From contig JALNKA010000021.1 of the NCBI GenBank assembly GCA_023261815.1, positions 1 to 15,752 on the forward strand: DNA of 15,752 nt. Direction: 5' to 3'. Shown piece by piece: positions 15,626-15,752 of this stretch (positions are counted from its first letter, which is position 1; every line of letters begins with the position of its first letter). The position numbers were made by a program, and so were the translations under genes. This DNA is from Candidatus Wolframiiraptor sinensis (lineage in GTDB: Archaea > Thermoproteota > Nitrososphaeria_A > Caldarchaeales > Wolframiiraptoraceae). The notes beneath the pieces are model-generated. The model did no database searches, had not been told where the DNA came from, and saw only the letters and a list, made by a program, of their open reading frames with translations.

Positions 15626-15752
15626 AGGATCGAGGAGGTTTTGAGACTTGTTGGCTTGAGGGAGTGGGCCGATGAGCTCGTCGAGAACTACTCCGGGGGC
15701 ATGAAGAGGAGGCTCGAGATAGCTCGAGGCCTCATACACCGGCCTAGGGTCC
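15626..15752 (+). other. Inverted internal fragment of a DrrA-like ABC ATPase (signature-motif region)
   Basis: The + strand frame from 15626 translates RIEEVLRLVGLREWADELVENYSGGMKRRLEIARGLIHRPRV, i.e. the ABC signature running into Walker B, in the opposite orientation to the C-terminal part. Confidence 0.9.

Noticed and set aside
15626-15739. N-terminal ~38 aa of ORF 15143..15739 (MYEASSYLEPP...)
   Set aside because: It is the antisense reading of the inverted signature-motif fragment, not a genuine N-terminus; there is no Walker A or B.

Overview
Archaeal genomic DNA, judged from BRE/TATA-type promoters about 25-35 nt upstream of starts, a multi-OB RPA and heavy AGG/ATA codon use. A TACK-type thermophile is plausible but is only an inference. 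The window opens in the 3' half of a tRNA-His(GUG), followed by a visibly more AT-rich block of about 4.4 kb. That block holds a frameshift-split cell-surface protein gene and a tightly coupled four-gene operon (GpgS-like glycosyltransferase, stand-alone RCK/TrkA protein, MscS channel, HAD phosphatase) that looks like a make/sense/release module for a compatible solute. Next come RPA, a degenerate PduO-type adenosyltransferase, an unannotated 45-aa C2H2 zinc-finger gene, a pyruvoyl decarboxylase (SpeD family), a frameshift-split CPA2 Na+/H+ antiporter, an orphan PD-(D/E)xK-like nuclease, an ArsB/NhaD-family permease with a small Cys-Cys protein upstream, a HAD hydrolase, guaA, a flavin reductase-family gene and a DrrAB-type ABC exporter. 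The exporter ATPase gene is broken by an inversion at about 15625. The two homopolymer frameshifts and the terminal inversion may be sequencing, assembly or amplification artefacts. All family calls are from motif recognition by eye; no searches were run.
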